DNA of 63,377 bases, counting the filler, from Octopus bimaculoides (taxonomy: Eukaryota): the NCBI RefSeq assembly GCF_001194135.2. It is 5 parts of 5 records of this genome, joined end to end, with 100 filler letters (N's around TTAATTAATTAA, not from the genome) between each part and the next. Parts side by side here need not be neighbours in the genome. Positions count along the whole stretch, not along the records: positions 1 to 31,102 come from NC_068984.1; 4 more parts are not named here. One strand, written 5' to 3'. Shown here piece after piece: positions 1 through 13,299 of this stretch (position 1 is its first letter; each line of letters begins with the position of its first letter). A program made the translations under genes and the position numbers. Under the pieces are notes generated by a model. The model searched no databases and was not told where the DNA came from. It was given only the letters and a program-made list of their open reading frames with translations.

Positions 1-1
1 A

Positions 2-160
2 CTTGGCACTGCACACATCCTACGCAAAACACTTTCAATACAGTAACCATAAGAGCATCACAGCAAACCACAGCACATACCCAAGGCACACAGAGCTGCG
101 CTCGGTAGTGAAGTGAAAGCACGTTATAAAAATAAAACTACTGAATAATGATAATAATAA
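2..160 (+). mobile_element. 3' end of an RLE-type (R4/Dong-like) non-LTR retrotransposon
   Basis: Nucleotides 2-46 read LGTAHILRKTLSIQ*, resembling the LGTAxILRKxL C-terminus of R4/Dong-type ORFs. A short 3' UTR and an (AAT)n tail follow. Confidence 0.5.
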
Positions 161-170
161 CAACAACAAC

Positions 171-1212
171 AAGAGCACTCAGAGAGCGCAAACCTCCGCC
201 AAGGCAACACCAACGTCCTCTTAACGATTAACCGGAGAGGATTTTTAAAATGAGAATATCTGAAATAAACTCGACTGCTCTCACAAACGAGAATACTAAG
301 AATGAACCCGACCGCTCTCAAAAATTAAGTTAAAAAACTGGAAAAATAATCCAGAATCCTTGTCCGGTACCTGATCGATCCCAATAGTAGTCATGGAATT
401 TGAAGGTGGGTGTTTGTAATTTTGTGTGTGTGTTGTCTGCAGTGGGAACAGGGACAGTTTTCTGTATGAAGGCCTTTTTTAGTCTATCCACTGACATAGT
501 GTCTTTACAACTATTAAGGGCTATAGTGAAAAATTTATCCGTGCGTGAAAGAAAACGGAAAGGACCTGCATACGGTGCTGTTAACGAAGGTTTAACAACA
601 TCGTTGCGCACAAAAACGTGGGTCCAAAGTATTAAAACTTCCTTCAAGGCAGAGCTAGAAATGCAATTGTCAAGTAGGTAAGAGGTTTTAAACAGGAGCG
701 ATATATTCAAAATCGGTAAAACTAAAAATTGTTGAGGATAAATTAAATTTATTATTGTTATTGAATATGTCAGTGTTATTTAGTTTCTGAACGGTCTTGC
801 TGCCGTTTGTTTATGTAATCTGATTTCTTTATCCATCAGATTCTACTAAGATAGAGAAGCTGGTAAAATTAATAACAGAGAAACGAAAATAAAACTTTGG
901 AACAGCAACGCCGCCATAACTTACGTGGAAACCATGAGCGTGATTTCAAGGGAGATAATAAGAGAAAAACTTGAAAGTCAACGTAAGATCGTAATACTTC
1001 ATGTAAAGTAAATATAGCAAATAATCCAGAATCCTTGTCCGGTACCGGATCGATCCCAAAATCTAATCAGTTTGTGCCAGTCACAAGGCTAAACATCCCT
1101 GAAAGTTTCAACCGAATCCATCTAGCGGTTCTTGAGATAAACTTGTCCATGGACAAACAAACAAACAAACAAACTCGATTGAAAGCAATACTTCCGCCTT
1201 ATCGAAGGCGAA

Positions 1213-1215
<3 letters not shown>
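171..1215 (+). mobile_element. Helentron/HINE-like non-autonomous element, interrupted, with an internal 41-bp duplication
   Basis: CCTCCGCCAAGGC motif at 193-205, (AAAC)n tract near the 3' end, terminal hairpin CGCCTT-atcg-AAGGCG at 1195-1210, and a direct repeat at 344-384 / 1019-1059. Confidence 0.4.
385..700 (-). mobile_element. Ty3/gypsy integrase C-terminal (GPY/F module) fragment
   Basis: ORF 330-710 contains THVFVRNDVVKPSLTAPYAGPFRFLSRTDKFFTIALNSCKDTMSVDRLKKAF, matching the gypsy xHVFVRxDxVKPxLxxPYxGPF...SxDRLKxAF pattern. Confidence 0.8.
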
Positions 1216-1287
<72 letters not shown>

Positions 1288-1289
1288 AA

Positions 1290-1321
<32 letters not shown>

Positions 1322-1470
1322 AGAGGAAGAAGAAGAAGATGAAGAAGAAGAAGATGAAGAAGAAGAGGAAGAAGAAGAAGGAGGAGGAGGAGGAGGAGGA
1401 GGAGGAGGAGGAGAAAGGATGAGGAAGAGGAAGGTTGAGGAAGGATGAGGAAGAGGAGTAGGAGGAGGAT
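1215..1470. repeat. Compound trinucleotide microsatellite (TAA)n-(GAA)n-(GGA)n
   Basis: Directly visible. It explains the poly-Y/S/P ORF at 1199-1594. Confidence 0.95.
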
Positions 1471-2489
1471 AACTTATGCGTAGGGTAAAAGGGAGCCTTA
1501 TTATAGAACTTAAGCCTAATGTAAAAGAAAGTCTTATAATGGCTGAGTGGATAAAATGTTTTGACGAATCACTGCTGGACAGTTTATTCCACATGCCTCG
1601 TTTTATCTAGCAGTTAGAATGTGTGCCAAATCGAATAATGTTACTTGTGATACAATGGCAACTTGTTCAAGAGAAAATTCATTTTTGATCATTTTCAACC
1701 CTTTAAATGCGACTAGAAGCACTGTTTCTTTTTATGAGTTTCCTTAGAGAGCAGTTACCAATATTTACATTCTTTTTTTACAACAGCATACCTGAAAATA
1801 TTTTCACCAGCACCACCGCCATCACCATTACCAAGAAAAACATTCTCTTCCTTCTACTCCACCTCTCCTAGTCTACCTCTTCCTAGTCCACTTCCTATTC
1901 CACCTTCTCTTATTCCACCTCCCCTACTCTTCTCCGTCCAAATCCATCTCTTGCTACTAAACCTCCTCCTACTACTACTACACCCAGTCTTCATCCTCCT
2001 TCTCCTCCCCTTCTTCCTCATCGACATCATCACCGTAATTGTCGCTACAAACACCACTACTTCTATAATCACAGCACTTTACAACTTGAAGGCCAACCTT
2101 CTCGACACCATTTTCTTGTCTGTTTGTCTTGAAGCAAATATTAAATATCAAGTGGAGAGAAGTTTTTTTGTTTATTTAGTGGAAACGTTATAAAAATGGC
2201 ATCTTGAGAATTAGCTGTAAACGGAATAGGTTAGCTTCATTTCTAAGAATTAAAACTAGTGACATAACTCCAATAATCGTCCTTCATGCTATTGTTTAGC
2301 CTCCAGCTCTGTCATGATAGAGCAGATCTATGATTAAAGGTATTCCAGCCGTGATCATCCTGTCATGTATGTGTGTAAGTATATGTGTGTATGTATGCGT
2401 GTGTATGTATGTGTACATATATATGCATGTATTTATATATATATATATAATGCACATATATATATATGTGTATAACTCTCTAACTCTTT

Positions 2490-3050
2490 AACTCTTTAAT
2501 CAGTTTCAGCTCGAAAGCTGCGGTCATGCTGGGGCACCACTGTTGGCTTTGCTACACCTTCATTATTTGAAACTTCCTCTGGTATGTGTCATTTGGTCAA
2601 TGAGGGAGTTTGACGCTGCTACCCTCATCGGTGTTTCATGCTGTGGGGTAGGCTCATCCGGAACCCTTGACAGGAGGAAATCCAGTTTTGTTTTGAAGAC
2701 ACATACACCCACACCATGTAAGTCGCTCAGGCATTTTGAAAGGATACTGGACAGCTGTGGGCCCTTGAAACCCAAGCTGTTGCAGTATCTGGTCCTGTAT
2801 TTTGATGGCAATGTTGAGATCTTTGGCACTATGCAGCGGCGCCCCGTTCTGCTGTTTGTGTATCTTTCACTGCGAAAGCTTGGCACAAATCCTTCCAGGA
2901 TCTTCCAGATGTATATCACCGAATATCTTTTCTGCCTTCGTTCTAAGGAGTAGAATCTTAACTTTTTCAGCCTTCGCTGGATTGCTTCGAGTTCCGCCGT
3001 AAATTTTATACTGTGGTGACCATAGATGTAAGCTAAGTGGGAAAATCAGA
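2490..3050 (-). mobile_element. CR1/L2-type LINE, 5'-truncated (RT C-terminus plus 3' tail)
   Basis: The minus strand reads WSPQYK, LEAIQRR/LKKLRFYSLERRQKRYSVIYIWKILEG, YCNSLGFKGPQL and FKTKLDFLLSRVPDEP. It ends in a GGTGCCCCAGCATG...GCTGAAAC tail with short repeats. Confidence 0.85.
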
Positions 3051-3165
3051 TCTAAATAAAAAATAATAATTAAAATTTCATACTCTTGCATGACTTTTGT
3101 ATGTATGCATGTATGTATGTATGTATGTATGTATGTATGTATGTATGTATGTATGTATGTATGTA

Positions 3166-3197
<32 letters not shown>

Positions 3198-3232
3198 CGA
3201 GTGTGNNNNNNNNNNATGTATGTATGTATGTA

Positions 3233-3264
<32 letters not shown>

Positions 3265-3267
3265 CGA

Positions 3268-3311
<44 letters not shown>

Positions 3312-3485
3312 CTACGATGTCCGTGTGATTTCATACTTTTATAGCCGTCAAAGTATAATTTGAGTAAAATTTGACTGTTATTTCTAGTAGAAATAGTGGC
3401 CGTAAAGAGGCTCTTGCTTGGCTGAACCTCATCATTATGGCTAACATTGCTGGATAACTGGGTAATTAACACCTAGGTGGGAGAC

Positions 3486-3705
3486 GAAGTAGTTGTATGC
3501 TGTCAACTTAATGTGACAGTCCCCTGAAGGGAATAACACTACTGTTGGTTAGACCTAGGAAGCTGCACCACTTCCTAGGTTCCTTATGGACACAGGAAAT
3601 GTGTCAAGGCCGACAGGAAGCGGTGCAGCTTCCTAGGTCTAACCAACAGTAGTATTATTCCCTTCAGGGCACTGTCACTTTAAGTTGACAGCATACAACT
3701 ACTTC
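3486..3705. repeat. Fold-back element with 91-bp inverted arms and a 38-nt spacer
   Basis: 3486-3576 is the reverse complement of 3615-3705 with 4 mismatches. Confidence 0.9.
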
Positions 3706-4188
3706 ATCGTATCACTACTGCATAAATCTCTCTGAAAGATTTAGAAATGTATTATTTCTAAATAGATGGGAGACCTTTTAGGAGAAAGAGTGATTTACAA
3801 GGACATAAGAAATTTGTAGAATATACCCATATTGAGAAAGATAATGAATGTATAAATTAATGGGTATGAAACTTATACTAGTGTTTTGGTCTTAAGATTT
3901 AAACAAGTTTTATTTTTCATATACATTTTAGAGTCTTCATCAGTAGGTTTCGTTTTGAATGCGGGTGAAGTTGCTTATGCGGGTGAAGTTGCTTTATCAA
4001 ACGGTGAATATTGCCAGAAAATCTCAGTACAGGGATGAACGTTGTTAGGTAACTGAGAATATTGAGAAAAACATATAACTGGACAACCTAGTAGGTGTAG
4101 GTTAAATAACAAAAGGCAAACTGGAATATAGAAACGTTGAAAAGATGTTAAAGATATAACCAGACAACGCAGTACAATTAGCACTGCT

Positions 4189-4255
<67 letters not shown>

Positions 4256-4522
4256 CTGTCTGTCTGTCTGTCTATTTGCCTAAAATTACAGGGTGAAAAT
4301 CCTAAAACATCTAACTATAAAATATCTTTAACTTCAGCTTATCAAATGTGATTATTATTACATATATTTTTCAAATAGGGGAAGAGTGTATGTATGTATG
4401 TATGTATTTATGTATGTATGTATGTATGTATGTATGTATGTATGTATGTATGTATGTATGTATGTATCTCTCTCTCTGCCTGCCTGTCTGTCTCTCTCTC
4501 TCTGTCTGTCTCTCTCTCTCTG

Positions 4523-4583
<61 letters not shown>

Positions 4584-4588
4584 GTGTG

Positions 4589-4635
<47 letters not shown>

Positions 4636-6214
4636 ATTTTCAAATATTTGCGCATGCATTTTAAAATTTTGGTATTCTCTTGTTTATAAATTATAGCAAA
4701 ATGTAGCTGAAATTTGCTCACCTTATAAAATTTTGGCTTTGTAACTTTCAACAAATAATATACACAATGCAAAACATGTTAATCTTTATATAGTTTATAG
4801 ACATTAGGATTTGATACTTTTTAAATGATTTTAAGAACGTAAATTATAAGATGTACACGGTTATAGTAATATCATATCAAGAAAATCATATCAAAGGAAG
4901 AGCATTTGTTTCCACTTTCATATGTTTCCAGTGAACAAAGAAAAATTTTGAAGTTTTGATAGAGGAAAAGTTCTTAATAACGTAGCAACAGTCTCTAAAG
5001 AATTTACTAACGAATTCAATTTTATATCATAATTGTACTCAATGACTATACTCTTATACCACACGTTTCTCTAAAGAAATCGTCAAAGAAATGTAGTGAA
5101 CAAATCAATAGAAATTCCTTGCATTGCTTTTTAATTGACTTGGTGTCTGACCATGTACCTTCAATTTGTTTTTTCTTAGAAGAAAACATTTCAATTTCCT
5201 ATAAACGGCGGTTTTTATTTTTTTAAAAGTGAATATATAAAAAAGAGAATACTTGAAAAGTGAATATATAAAAATTCTCCGTTAATTATGCTACAGAAAC
5301 AAAAATTCTTCCGCTTCAGCTGCTTTGACAGTGAAGCTAAATAAATTAAAATTTTGAAATTAGCATCTTAAAAATAATACCGCTCGCTCGCTGTCTGAAC
5401 AGTCAGAATTAAGTGGGTCTTTTACAGAAACTGAACATGCTCAAAATTTACTTCAAACACGCTTACATGCCTTGCATAAATGAAAAAAATAATTCAAAGA
5501 AAATAAAAGAAGCATATTATTAAAATCAGTTCTAAATAGGAGCGAGGTGCTAGATTATAAAAAATTGGAACAAGGTGCATATATTTAAAAATAGAGCTAA
5601 ATTTAAGAGCTACAAGCACAAAATTTTCAAAACTGAAGTTCTGAACGTAAATGAAAAGCATGTTAACAGATAATGTATCTTCGCTGCTGAGAAGACAGTG
5701 TCACACCATGAAAGAGGAAGAAGTAAATATACTTATTGACAGTTACGTAAGCTAATTAGAATCCCTTGGAATGGGGGATTTAGTGGTTAGAAGGTCAGTG
5801 CATTACATTTGGTTTGTTTTAAACATACAGTTAGTGAGTAGGAAGAATGTTTCTGCCTTCAGAATATGTTTTGGAATTTACACTGAATTACGTCACAATA
5901 GTTTGGAACTATAGTAATCGGAAAACCGGTGATGCAATATGCACACATACGCAGACGCAGTACATACATACACAAACACACACACATACACACGATCATA
6001 CGCATACACGCGCACACACACGCACACACATACATACACATGTGATGAAATTAATTTACTAAACCCAGTATTGTTGCGTTTATTGATATGTCTAAATGTA
6101 GAATAATGGTTAGATATTCTTTTTGATAACTGTGATGAAGAACTTAGACTTTCTAGATTATATGCCAATGTTGATATCTTTAACGATAAAGCCGAATTTC
6201 CCAATTTCATTCAT

Positions 6215-7120
6215 GCATTGTTGATTCCTTTTCGCTGTGTGGCATGGACCCCCATCTTCCATGAATAAAAACTCATTTTTTTGTTATGTTATCGTGTGAA
6301 TACATCGGAAGTAGTCCTTGCTTAAGTATTTCGGTGTATTTTTCAGAGTTTATGGTTCCAACATTCGATCAACTCAGAACGACCATTGCTGGTGACAGCT
6401 CCCCATACCATTACAGAGATACCGCCATGTTTCACAGTTGGTTGGAATCGTTTCAAATCAAATTCTTGATTGGGAAGCCTCCAGACCCAAACACGTCCAC
6501 TGTCTGAAAATAATGCAAATTTGGATTCATCTGAGAAAATCACTCTATCCCAAAATGAACTGGATTTTTCTGACATCTCCTAAGACCATTTCTTTCTTTT
6601 CATGATATTAATTGATTGGAGGAGAGGTTTTTTTCTAGCTGCGCGTCCATAATACCCAAGCCTATGCAGATATGTGACACACGTTCTTGGACCAACTTCT
6701 AGCTGTTTTGCAATGTCAGAAGCCTTCGAACGGGGCTCGTTTTCCACAATTCTCTTCAAACAGCGAAGCTTCCTTTCCGAGGGCCCAGCTCGGCCGGGAC
6801 GAGAATCTGTTGATTCTTTTCCTTGGCTTTTGAATTGCACTATAATTCTATTAACAGTAGCAGGAGGAATTTGAAGATTTTCGGCAATTTTTCGCTGGCT
6901 AAGACCAGCCTTAGATTGCCTAACAGTACGACCTCTTTGAAAATCTGACAGTTCTGCTTAATTGTTTGTGCGTGGCATGGTTACTCTTCGCAAATGTTTA
7001 ATATAATGGCACCTGGAATGAAAAAAATAAAATTGCATTGTAAATTCTACACCGCTGAAAATATATTAAAACACTTTGACTAGAGATTTTGAAAATCAAA
7101 GGTGTCTATTTACTTCCTGC
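6215..7120 (-). mobile_element. Tc1-like transposase pseudogene, 3'-truncated
   Basis: From the ATG at 6978: [12 protein letters not shown]...[14 protein letters not shown] (HTH), [49 protein letters not shown]. It has stops and frameshifts, and the third catalytic E region is absent. Confidence 0.9.
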
Positions 7121-7161
7121 ATGTGTGTGTGTGTGTGTGTATGTGTGTGTGTATGTGTGTG

Positions 7162-7213
<52 letters not shown>

Positions 7214-7403
7214 AATGCTATTCGCCAGCATAAGGTGGCTGTGCTGAAAGGGACGATGTTACTGTTGTTTTAGCCCCAAGAAACATCGTTTCTAGCTGGC
7301 TATACGCACACTATCTATGTCTTTATATTTTCGAACAGGGAGCCCAGCACTGCTACCCACCACAAAGCAACATCTGTTTCTCTTTGATAGATTTAGAAAT
7401 AAT

Positions 7404-7442
<39 letters not shown>

Positions 7443-7961
7443 GGGATTATCAATCCGCAGAAAATACTTCATAAGCTCTCTGTTGGCACATGAAGCTAAT
7501 AATATTACTTAGATTAATGAAGAACTCCAGGTAATCTTTTGGTAGGGTCCCAGGTTACGTCTCAACATAATTCTATATTGTAAATCCTTGAATGGGCTAC
7601 AAAACAAACTTTTTTTTACACAAATTATTTTTAACCTTTTTCTTTTACATATATNNNNNNNNNNNNNNNNNNNNNNNNNNNNNNNNNNNNNNNNNNNNNN
7701 NNNNNNNNNNNNNNNNNNNNNNNNNNNNNNNNNNNNNNNNNNNNNNNNNNNNNNNNNNNNNNNNNNNNNNNNNNNNNNNNNNNNNNNNNNNNNNNNNNNN
7801 NNNNNNNNNNNNNNNNNNNNNNNNNNNNNNNNNNNNNNNNNNNNNNNNNNNNNNNNNNNNNNNNNNNNNNNNNNNNNNNNNNNNNNNNNNNNNNNNNNNN
7901 NNNNNNNNNNNNNNNNNNNNNNNNNNNNNNNNNNNNNNNNNNNNNNNNNNNNNNNNNNNNN

Positions 7962-8021
<60 letters not shown>

Positions 8022-9119
8022 TCCCCTGTCTGTGTCTTTCTCTATCTCTCCCTCTCCGATACACAGAGACTTTGCCCACTCTATCATTCATAAACGCACA
8101 TGATTTCACAATGTGCAAATAGCGCACATGTAAACAATTTCTTGTACAGACACACACACACACGTACGGACGGATGCACGCACACACGCACAATTGCATG
8201 CGCCAATACACTATAAAATCATTCGTACAAATACGTATCTTCATGTGAGAAGCTCCACTCCCCTCCTCACTCTATCACTCTGTCTCACGCGCACGCGCAT
8301 GCTCTCTCTCTCTCTCTCTCAAGCACACGCTTACAAACATATTAACATATGCTCTCAGTGGCATCTCTGAAATAGATACACACTTAGACACACGTGTTTA
8401 CACACGTGCTTACAGACGCACACTTCCGCACATGCACTAGCTATCCGCACACACATACGCACACACGCCACATATCCCTTTCGCTCATACACTAAGACAC
8501 ATGTGCGTGCTCGTGCATACAGCTAACTATTTCTCTCAATTTCACTCTTTGAGATATTCCAATTAAGATTGCAAATTTTTCATCCCTTGTATTGAAATCT
8601 ACAAAATTTTTGTTAATCTTTTTTCCTTTTTCCTTTTTTCTTTTTTTTTTGTCATGTTAGGTTAAGAATCCATCGTCATGTTTTATATTCTTTTTCTCTA
8701 TCAAATCTCTGGATATTTACAAAACTGTGTTTCTTTGTCTTTGATGTTCAGTTCTGGTGTTTAATTTCGATTAATTATTCACCTTGGGAGTTTTGTTCAG
8801 TTGAATTTTACTATTTGACAAGAACATAAGAAAACTGAAACTGCGTAAAAGAAAATGGGGGGTGGGGAGGGGAAAGAGAGAAAGAAAGAAAGATAGAAAG
8901 AAAGAAAAGAAGAGTTTGTGTTGTTATTGCTACTGTTTAGTTCCATGTCAGTTGACCGATCAGATCTATGAAGAATGGTGTTCCAATCGTGACTGTCCTA
9001 CCATTTCTTAAGTATGAATTTTGACATCTGTCGTTACTTTCTCGTTGACCGTATGGAAAGAAACTCTTCAACTGTTACTAATATCATCATTATTAAAGCT
9101 ATAATAATTGTTTCAAATT

Positions 9120-9850
9120 TTGCCACAAGATTAGAAATTTTAGGGTGGGGGTAAGGCGATTGCATCGACACCAGTGTTCAATTAGTACTTATTTTATCGC
9201 ACTCAAAAAAGATGAAAGGCAAAATCGACGTCAGCGGAATTTGAACTCAGAATGTGAAGAGTTAAAAGAAATATCATTAGGCATTTTGCTTGACACGCTA
9301 AAGATTCCACCAGCTCCTATAATAATCCTTTCTACTAAAGACACAAAGCTTGAAATTTTTGAGGGAGGAGACAAGTCGATGACATCGACTCCAGTATTTC
9401 ACTGCTACTTAATTTATCGAATCCGAAAGGATGAAAGGCCGAATTTGAACCAGAAATACAGCCAAGCATTTCGTCCAGCGTGCTAACGATTATGCCAGCT
9501 TGCTGCTTTAGTCAGCTCCTATAATAACTTTTTATATTGGCTCAAGAAGACAATTTTCATGAGAAAGTCAGTTGAAAAGGTTCTGGTAAATGATTTGTTC
9601 TCAGACCTTAATTTTGTCTGGGAGTGGTGCCTGGTTTTTCAACAGATATGATAAAGACTGAGAGGAAATATTGACTTCAAATGTTGGCATAAGACTAGCA
9701 ATTTCGAGTGAGTGGGTAAGTGGATTACATAGACCTTAGTGCTCAGTTGTTACTTACTTTTATCGACACCGAAAGGATGAAAGTCAAAGTCAACCTCGAC
9801 GAAATTTGAACTCTGAACGTAAAGAGGGGCAAAACGCCGCTAAGCACTGA
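9120..9850 (-). mobile_element. Three same-orientation decayed copies of a tRNA-derived SINE (family with GGTCGACTTTGCCTTTCATCCTTTCGGGGTCGATAAA core)
   Basis: Copies at about 9120-9325, 9330-9530 and 9685-9850 match the reverse complement of the copies at 24962 and 51241. Confidence 0.75.
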
Positions 9851-11665
9851 GAGGAAATTGAAAGGGCAAAACTTGCTGGATGCCTGTGGAGCCCTCATTC
9901 CAGATCAGCAAAATACTGAACTGGTTTCTTCTAATATATTCATGGGTCAACCTAAGATTTGCGATTGGGTAGACGGAACTGTACATAAGCCAATCGGATG
10001 CCCTGTACCTCTTAGGACGAGGTAGATTTAACCCAGTATCAGTTTTTGTATCACAATCAGGGACCAGGGATCTTTTTGCAGAACCCATTCTGATGAAATC
10101 CTTCCAACCACGTTTCCGAATTACATATAAATTCATCACTTCTTTCACTAGTCTTGGAGACCTAAAAATCCTGGTCACTCACAATCCTCTTATGACTAAG
10201 CCCTCAGCAAATGGCTGCTATTTATTTTATTAATATCGTGTGTAGGATTTGTGACTTAATAGAGGGAGTTACGATAGGCAGGTACGATAGGCAGAAACAG
10301 CCGATTGCATGCCTCTCATACTTTTAGCCATCTATTCGTTGTTTGTTACTTAATTTTGCTTCTGCAACAAAATAATCTTCAAATGACATAAAATATATTA
10401 ACTGTGTTCCGTACTCTATCTTAAGAAACAGATATTTCACAGAATATAATGTTCATTAAGACGACACAAAAAGTATATTTCATAAAATAAACAAAACAAT
10501 AGATCTCTGATAGTAATACTTCTTTATAGACAATACTATCAGCTAATTTCATGTGAGGGTTATTATGTACAGATTATTGTGTACAGGTTATTGCCTCTAT
10601 CAAACATCAAACAGTTCACATATTGTTGACTACAAGAAGAAAAGTGCATCTTAATTTTCAAAACCGCGTCTTTAAAAGAATGATCTAAGCGGAATGGTTA
10701 GCTTCTTTTGTTCACTGGAGGCTTGTGACAGACTCATTTTCGGGTCCTTGTTCTGAAATTCTTATAGTTCTTATTCTTGTGGGTGACACAGAATATTTGT
10801 CGCGCGGATCTTTACAGCTACTGTTGTTGTTGCTGTTGCTGCTGTATTGCGTCGCTTGTAGTTAGTAGCGGTATTTTATCTATCACTTTGCAATTTCCAA
10901 GATGTAACACTCGTCTTCAGTTTTTACAGTTAACAAAGAATGAAAACTACTATATACTTTATGAGACGTCTTAAAACGTACAGATATAGTGATAAAACTG
11001 AAGAAACTCTGTCAAGAATTATATAGTTATGGAACTATAGAAGTTCAAGAAAAATAAAAACAAAAAAGAAACGTGTTGAAAGCAAAAACTATAAAAATAA
11101 ATTTAAGTGCGATTGGGTTAGAGAATAAATTTTTGAAAACTGTAATACAAAAAACAGAAGGGAAGTGGCAAAAAAATTTACAAATGTGTCAAAATTTGTC
11201 AAACTGAAGCAGATTGATATTTTGGAAATTTGTAATAATATAATTAAGGTAAATGGAAAACTATTTAAACGCATAGTTAAAACTGAAGTAGTACTCAGCG
11301 TTAGAAAGCAAAGTTAGCACAGTAAAAGTAAGAGTTAAGGACAAATACAATACAGTTATCACATAAATTTTGAACAAGAATTTTTTTGTGTGTTTTTTGA
11401 GGATCAAATATTTGAAAAATATTACAATATTAAAAGTAAACGACAAAAGTGATAGAAAACTGCATTTAAACAGAGTTTTCTACTTATGAAATGAGGTTTG
11501 ATATTGAGAAAAACAGAAACAAAGAAACAATACTGTAAAAAGAATTAAGTGTTCTCAAGCAATTCAGTCGAAGTCCCACAATTCATCGAGAATATTTTCA
11601 ATTCTATCAAGAAATTTTACTAATGCGCGAGTGCACGCAAGACACAGGCATACACGCGTGTACAT

Positions 11666-11701
<36 letters not shown>

Positions 11702-12437
11702 TATCCTTTATGTGTTCCGGCTCAAAGGCTGTGGCCATGCTGAGGCATTGCCATTCTCATCATCTTTTCAACAGCCATTATGGTGTGGTTGGCTTTTGAT
11801 GAATGAGTGAATTTGATATGGCTGCCCTCATTTGATTTTCTCCCTTTGATATAAATTAATCTGGAATATCGAACAGCAAACATTGAAAGTACTTCTTTGA
11901 AACCATCTATCCACCATCCGTGTGGATAGATTAATTCAGGTTTTTCGGCAAAATATATTACTGAACACACACACNNNNNNNNNNNNNNNNNNNNNNNNNN
12001 NNNNNNNNNNNNNNNNNNNNNNNNNNNNNNNNNNNNNNNNNNNNNNNNNNNNNNNNNNNNNNNNNNNNNNNNNNNNNNNNNNNNNNNNNNNNNNNNNNNN
12101 NNNNNNNNNNNNNNNNNNNNNNNNNNNNNNNNNNNNNNNNNNNNNNNNNNNNNNNNNNNNNNNNNNNNNNNNNNNNNNNNNNNNNNNNNNNNNNNNNNNN
12201 NNNNNNNNNNNNNNNNNNNNNNNNNNNNNNNNNNNNNNNNNNNNNNNNNNNNNNNNNNNNNNNNNNNNNNNNNNNNNNNNNNNNNNNNNNNNNNNNNNNN
12301 NNNNNNNNNNNNNNNNNNNNNNNNNNNNNNNNNNNNNNNNNNNNNNNNNNNNNNNNNNNNNNNNNNNNNNNNNNNNNNNNNNNNNNNNNNNNNNNNNNNN
12401 NNNNNNNNNNNNNNATATATATATATATATATATATA

Positions 12438-12592
12438 CGATGGGCTTCTTTCAGTTTCCGTTTACTAAATCCACTCACAAGGCTTTGGCCGGCCCGAGCC
12501 TATAGTAGAAGACACTTGCCCAAGGTACCATTCAGTAGGACTGAACCATGAACCATGTGGTTGGGAAGCAAGCTTCTTACCACACAGCCACG
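12438..12592 (-). mobile_element. tRNA-derived SINE family 1, 5' half
   Basis: Reverse complement of GTGGCTGTGTGGTAAGAAGCTTGCTTCCCAACC...GTTCAGTCC...CTTGGGCAAGTGTCTTC...GGATTT(G)GTA(G)ACGGAAACTGAAAGAAGCCC. Related copies lie at 21006, 37743, 48182, 55079 and 56441. Confidence 0.85.
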
Positions 12593-13299
12593 TCTTACAT
12601 ACATACATACATACATACACACATACATACGCGTACATACATGTGTGTGTATGTGTGAGTGCGTGTAATACATCCTATTGTTTGGTTGTCTTTTAGTTCG
12701 TTATTTCTTTCTTTGACTTAAAACAAGTATAAAACCAGCGTAACTTATCTGGTCATGCAGGTCAATTTACAATATCTAATGCGGTAACCATTAAAATGCT
12801 ATAGTGCTTCATAATGGTAATTATGTGGCGAGGAAAAGACAATATTAGTCAATCACTAATATTGCCTTAATTATTCCGGAAAGTATTGGATTATCATATT
12901 CCCTCATTTATATATTCTCTGCAAGGTCGACAAAGTTCCATTTCCAACAAAACGTTTTAAGATAAAGTGAATGCAAAGATATGGAGGCAATTGGGACGAA
13001 CTCCAAATATGAAAGGGAAGCAATGTAAAGAGTCAAGAATCTTATCCACCATTGGCATGCCATCAAAGAAATGACTACCTAATTATCTCGAGGTAAGAGG
13101 TCAACTGTGGGCATCTCAATTGGCGCCATCAGTTGTCCAACCGTGTCAAACACACACATACATAATGTACATAGTTACACGCATGCGCACACACATTTAC
13201 ATATATCTATATGCATGTAAATATACATATGTGTGTATATATATGCATGTATGTAAATATATGTATGTGCGTGTGTGTGTCCTTCTGTGCCGCCGCCAT

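Noticed and set aside
7509-8244. Long ORFs in the track spanning N runs or microsatellites (many across the window)
   Set aside because: They stay open only because of X codons or stop-free (CA)n, (TA)n, (GA)n and (TATG)n repeats. There is no coding evidence.
10875-10920. CTGAAGA-stem-GAAA on the minus strand
   Set aside because: No stem I can form and stem III is mostly wobble pairs, so this is likely chance.
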